DNA of 64,000 nucleotides, from the IMG/VR virus record IMGVR_UViG_3300045988_173816, positions 128,001 to 192,000 of that record, one strand, 5' to 3'. Positions 62,806 to 64,000 of the stretch are shown here, piece by piece. Position 1 is the first letter of the stretch. The number at the start of each line of letters is the position of its first letter. Made by a program: the position numbers and the translations under genes. Source of the DNA: a virus. Under the pieces are notes generated by a model. It made no database searches and had not been told where the DNA came from. It saw only the letters and a program-made list of their open reading frames with translations.

Positions 62806-63802
62806 TTTTGGACAACATCGAGGTAATGATGAGGGTTGGAACAAAGTTCCTGATTGGGGTTCGCCACAACAACCTCAACATCCTCATTCGCCACAAAGAG
62901 TTAACTTCGGTTCTTCTGATTTTGGTTCTGAGTCAACAAGTTCATTGGAGGAAGAACAAGGGTTTAATCCTCCTGGTGGATTGGAGTCTCAAGCTCAACG
63001 AGGGGGTGGTTTTGGCTATGAGCAACCTCAACAACCTTACCCACATGAGTTTCAACAACAAGGCTTTAACCAAGGACAAAATGAGGGTTGGGGTTCACAA
63101 GGTTCTCAAGGGTTTGAACCTAACGGGTATAATCAAAACCCTCAAGGATATCCACAAAACCAGTTCGACTCCAACCACTATGATCAATATGGTCAGATGG
63201 ATAATAGCGCAAGCTCGCACCCAGTTAAGAAGAAATGGTCTCCTTGGTCTGTTATTTTAACGGTTGTTATCGTTGGAGTTTTGATTTTTGGAGTTATGGT
63301 TTTTATTGCAAGTAGAGCAAAACAAAATCCTTCAAGTGAGTTGAAGAGTAAAGTTACTCAAGTTGAGAAAGGTACTACGGATAAGAAATCTACGGTATCC
63401 GACAGCGACCGTATTTTCCCGGAAGGTTCTCAGAAGAAAGAGGAAAAGAAAGAAGAGAAAACTTCTAGTTCAACTTCTGTAGAAGAGAAACCAAACGAGA
63501 AAGTAGAGAACTCAGCTAGCAGTGACTTTAAATCAGCTAATATAATCGTACAAAACCTTGATGGTGCGAAGATTTCCTCTGAGGTTTTAGTTGCAAAAGG
63601 TGTAGTTAAGACTAAAAATTTAGTTGCTGATAATGGTTTAACTGCTTACTATATGCTTGATTTATCTGTAGGTTCAACTTCTTTGAAGGTTTTGGTAAAT
63701 TATGACTTAGCAAGTCAATTAAAAATGGGAGACACAGTAACAGTTCGCTACCATAAATTGATTGATGTAGATAAGGTCATTATTGAGTCTGTCACGAAAT
63801 AA
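62792..63802 (+). CDS. Bitopic membrane protein with Q/N/G-rich low-complexity N-terminal domain
   Basis: GGAGG RBS. ~140 aa rich in Gln/Asn/Gly/Pro (GFNQGQNEGWGSQGSQGFEPNGYNQNPQGYPQNQ), TM helix WSVILTVVIVGVLIFGVMVFIA, Lys/Glu/Ser linker, then a ~90-aa beta-rich C-terminal domain. Confidence 0.7.
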   Translation: MSQRNFGQHRGNDEGWNKVPDWGSPQQPQHPHSPQRVNFGSSDFGSESTSSLEEEQGFNPPGGLESQAQRGGGFGYEQPQQPYPHEFQQQGFNQGQNEGWGSQGSQGFEPNGYNQNPQGYPQNQFDSNHYDQYGQMDNSASSHPVKKKWSPWSVILTVVIVGVLIFGVMVFIASRAKQNPSSELKSKVTQVEKGTTDKKSTVSDSDRIFPEGSQKKEEKKEEKTSSSTSVEEKPNEKVENSASSDFKSANIIVQNLDGAKISSEVLVAKGVVKTKNLVADNGLTAYYMLDLSVGSTSLKVLVNYDLASQLKMGDTVTVRYHKLIDVDKVIIESVTK

Positions 63803-63804
63803 GA

Positions 63805-63842
63805 AAAAAGTCAGGTGGGTATCTATTTCCTCTTGACTTTTT
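63805..63842 (+). terminator. Intrinsic terminator
   Basis: AGTCAGG..loop with GGTATC..CTCTTGACT followed by TTTT. Confidence 0.6.
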
Positions 63843-63862
63843 AATTCAAGGTATGCTATAAT
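63833..63862 (+). promoter_or_regulatory. Sigma-A promoter with -35 in the terminator 3' arm
   Basis: TTGACT, 18 nt, TGcTATAAT. Confidence 0.6.
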
Positions 63863-64000
63863 TACTTCATAATTTCCAAATAGAAGTGAGGTCTTTAAAC
63901 TTATGGTAAGAATGTTAAATCTAGGGAATAGTCCTAAAATGCCTGAGAAAGAAAAGAGCACACAAACTTTATCTGATGCACTAAGTCAGGAGTCAAGTAA

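Larger units (their letters stand above)
602..63823 (+). repeat. Dispersed strand-specific motif SGGTATC (~97 + strand copies, 4 - strand copies)
   Basis: Manual scan of the whole window. First copy is at 602, last at 63818. See finding 1 for counts, frames and spacing. Confidence 0.85.

Noticed and set aside
5364-63260. Nested alternative-frame + strand ORFs (5364-5546, 7960-8190, 8436-8624, 36100-36378, 39736-39930, 46665-46856, 48882-49085, 62808-63260)
   Set aside because: They lie entirely inside longer ORFs that have recognisable domains or paralogues, and they have no RBS. Most likely chance ORFs.
49743-63802. Type IV secretion / conjugation module downstream of the PrgA/PrgB-like genes
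   Set aside because: I saw no VirB4/VirD4 Walker-A ATPases, VirB6-like polytopic protein, relaxase or cell-wall hydrolase among the 13 downstream genes.
602-63823. GGTATC enrichment as a by-product of codon usage or a repeated peptide
   Set aside because: The motif is read in all three frames with different amino-acid contexts and also occurs in non-coding hairpins. The close variants GGTATT, GGTATA and GGTATG are not strikingly enriched.
1238-63961. All minus-strand ORFs in the supplied track (e.g. 1238-1441, 2926-3120, 5842-6093, 9973-10230, 27352-27675, 46448-47056, 48311-48619, 48632-48949, 57538-57777, 63719-63961)
   Set aside because: Each lies antisense to a well-supported + strand gene or across a promoter or terminator. 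They lack RBSs and have odd composition (Phe/Leu/Ser/Cys-rich shadows of Lys/Glu-rich coiled-coil genes). No minus-strand promoter or terminator architecture is visible.
1-64000. CRISPR arrays, tRNA/rRNA/tmRNA genes, reverse transcriptases (retron, DGR, group II intron)
   Set aside because: No regularly spaced direct-repeat array, no GGTTCGAATCC-type T-arm in a cloverleaf context (the GGTTCGATTC at ~61590 is inside a CDS and unpaired), and no YxDD RT motif. This was a visual scan only, so tRNAscan-SE/Infernal should confirm it.

Overview
AT-rich DNA from a low-GC Gram-positive host, Streptococcus/Enterococcus-like judging by the YSIRK signal peptide, LPXTG anchors and an antigen I/II adhesin. 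It looks like part of a very large temperate-phage or prophage-like mobile element (SPbeta-style), not core chromosome. All ~95 credible genes are on the + strand, in short operons bounded by intrinsic terminators and near-consensus sigma-A promoters. Recognisable genes: a C5-cytosine and an N6A/N4C DNA methyltransferase, RNase H with a hybrid-binding domain, class Ib ribonucleotide reductase beta (NrdF) split by two inteins, and three TnpB-family RNA-guided-nuclease genes. One TnpB follows an RHH gene and a 500-nt structured RNA region, one is an orphan without a zinc finger, and one sits in a decayed IS607. Also present: HipA-like kinase, AbiEii/MNT-like nucleotidyltransferase, divergent Fic/Doc-like protein, T5orf172 protein, DUF3310-like and ASCH/DUF3850-like proteins, a membrane thioredoxin-like protein, a DUF1002-like secreted protein, and two LPXTG surface proteins (antigen I/II-family adhesin and a PrgA-like coiled-coil/CAP protein). 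The remaining ORFs match nothing I recognise, and many form tandem paralogue arrays. I saw no rRNA, tRNA, CRISPR array, reverse transcriptase, terminase or Walker-A ATPase by eye. The most unusual signal is not a gene: the heptamer SGGTATC occurs ~97 times on the + strand and 4 times on the - strand, in all reading frames and in non-coding hairpins, with quasi-regular ~660-bp spacing, and it is absent from the TnpB insertion. All domain calls come from motif recognition by eye, and coordinates of small sites are hand-indexed (+/- 1-2 nt).
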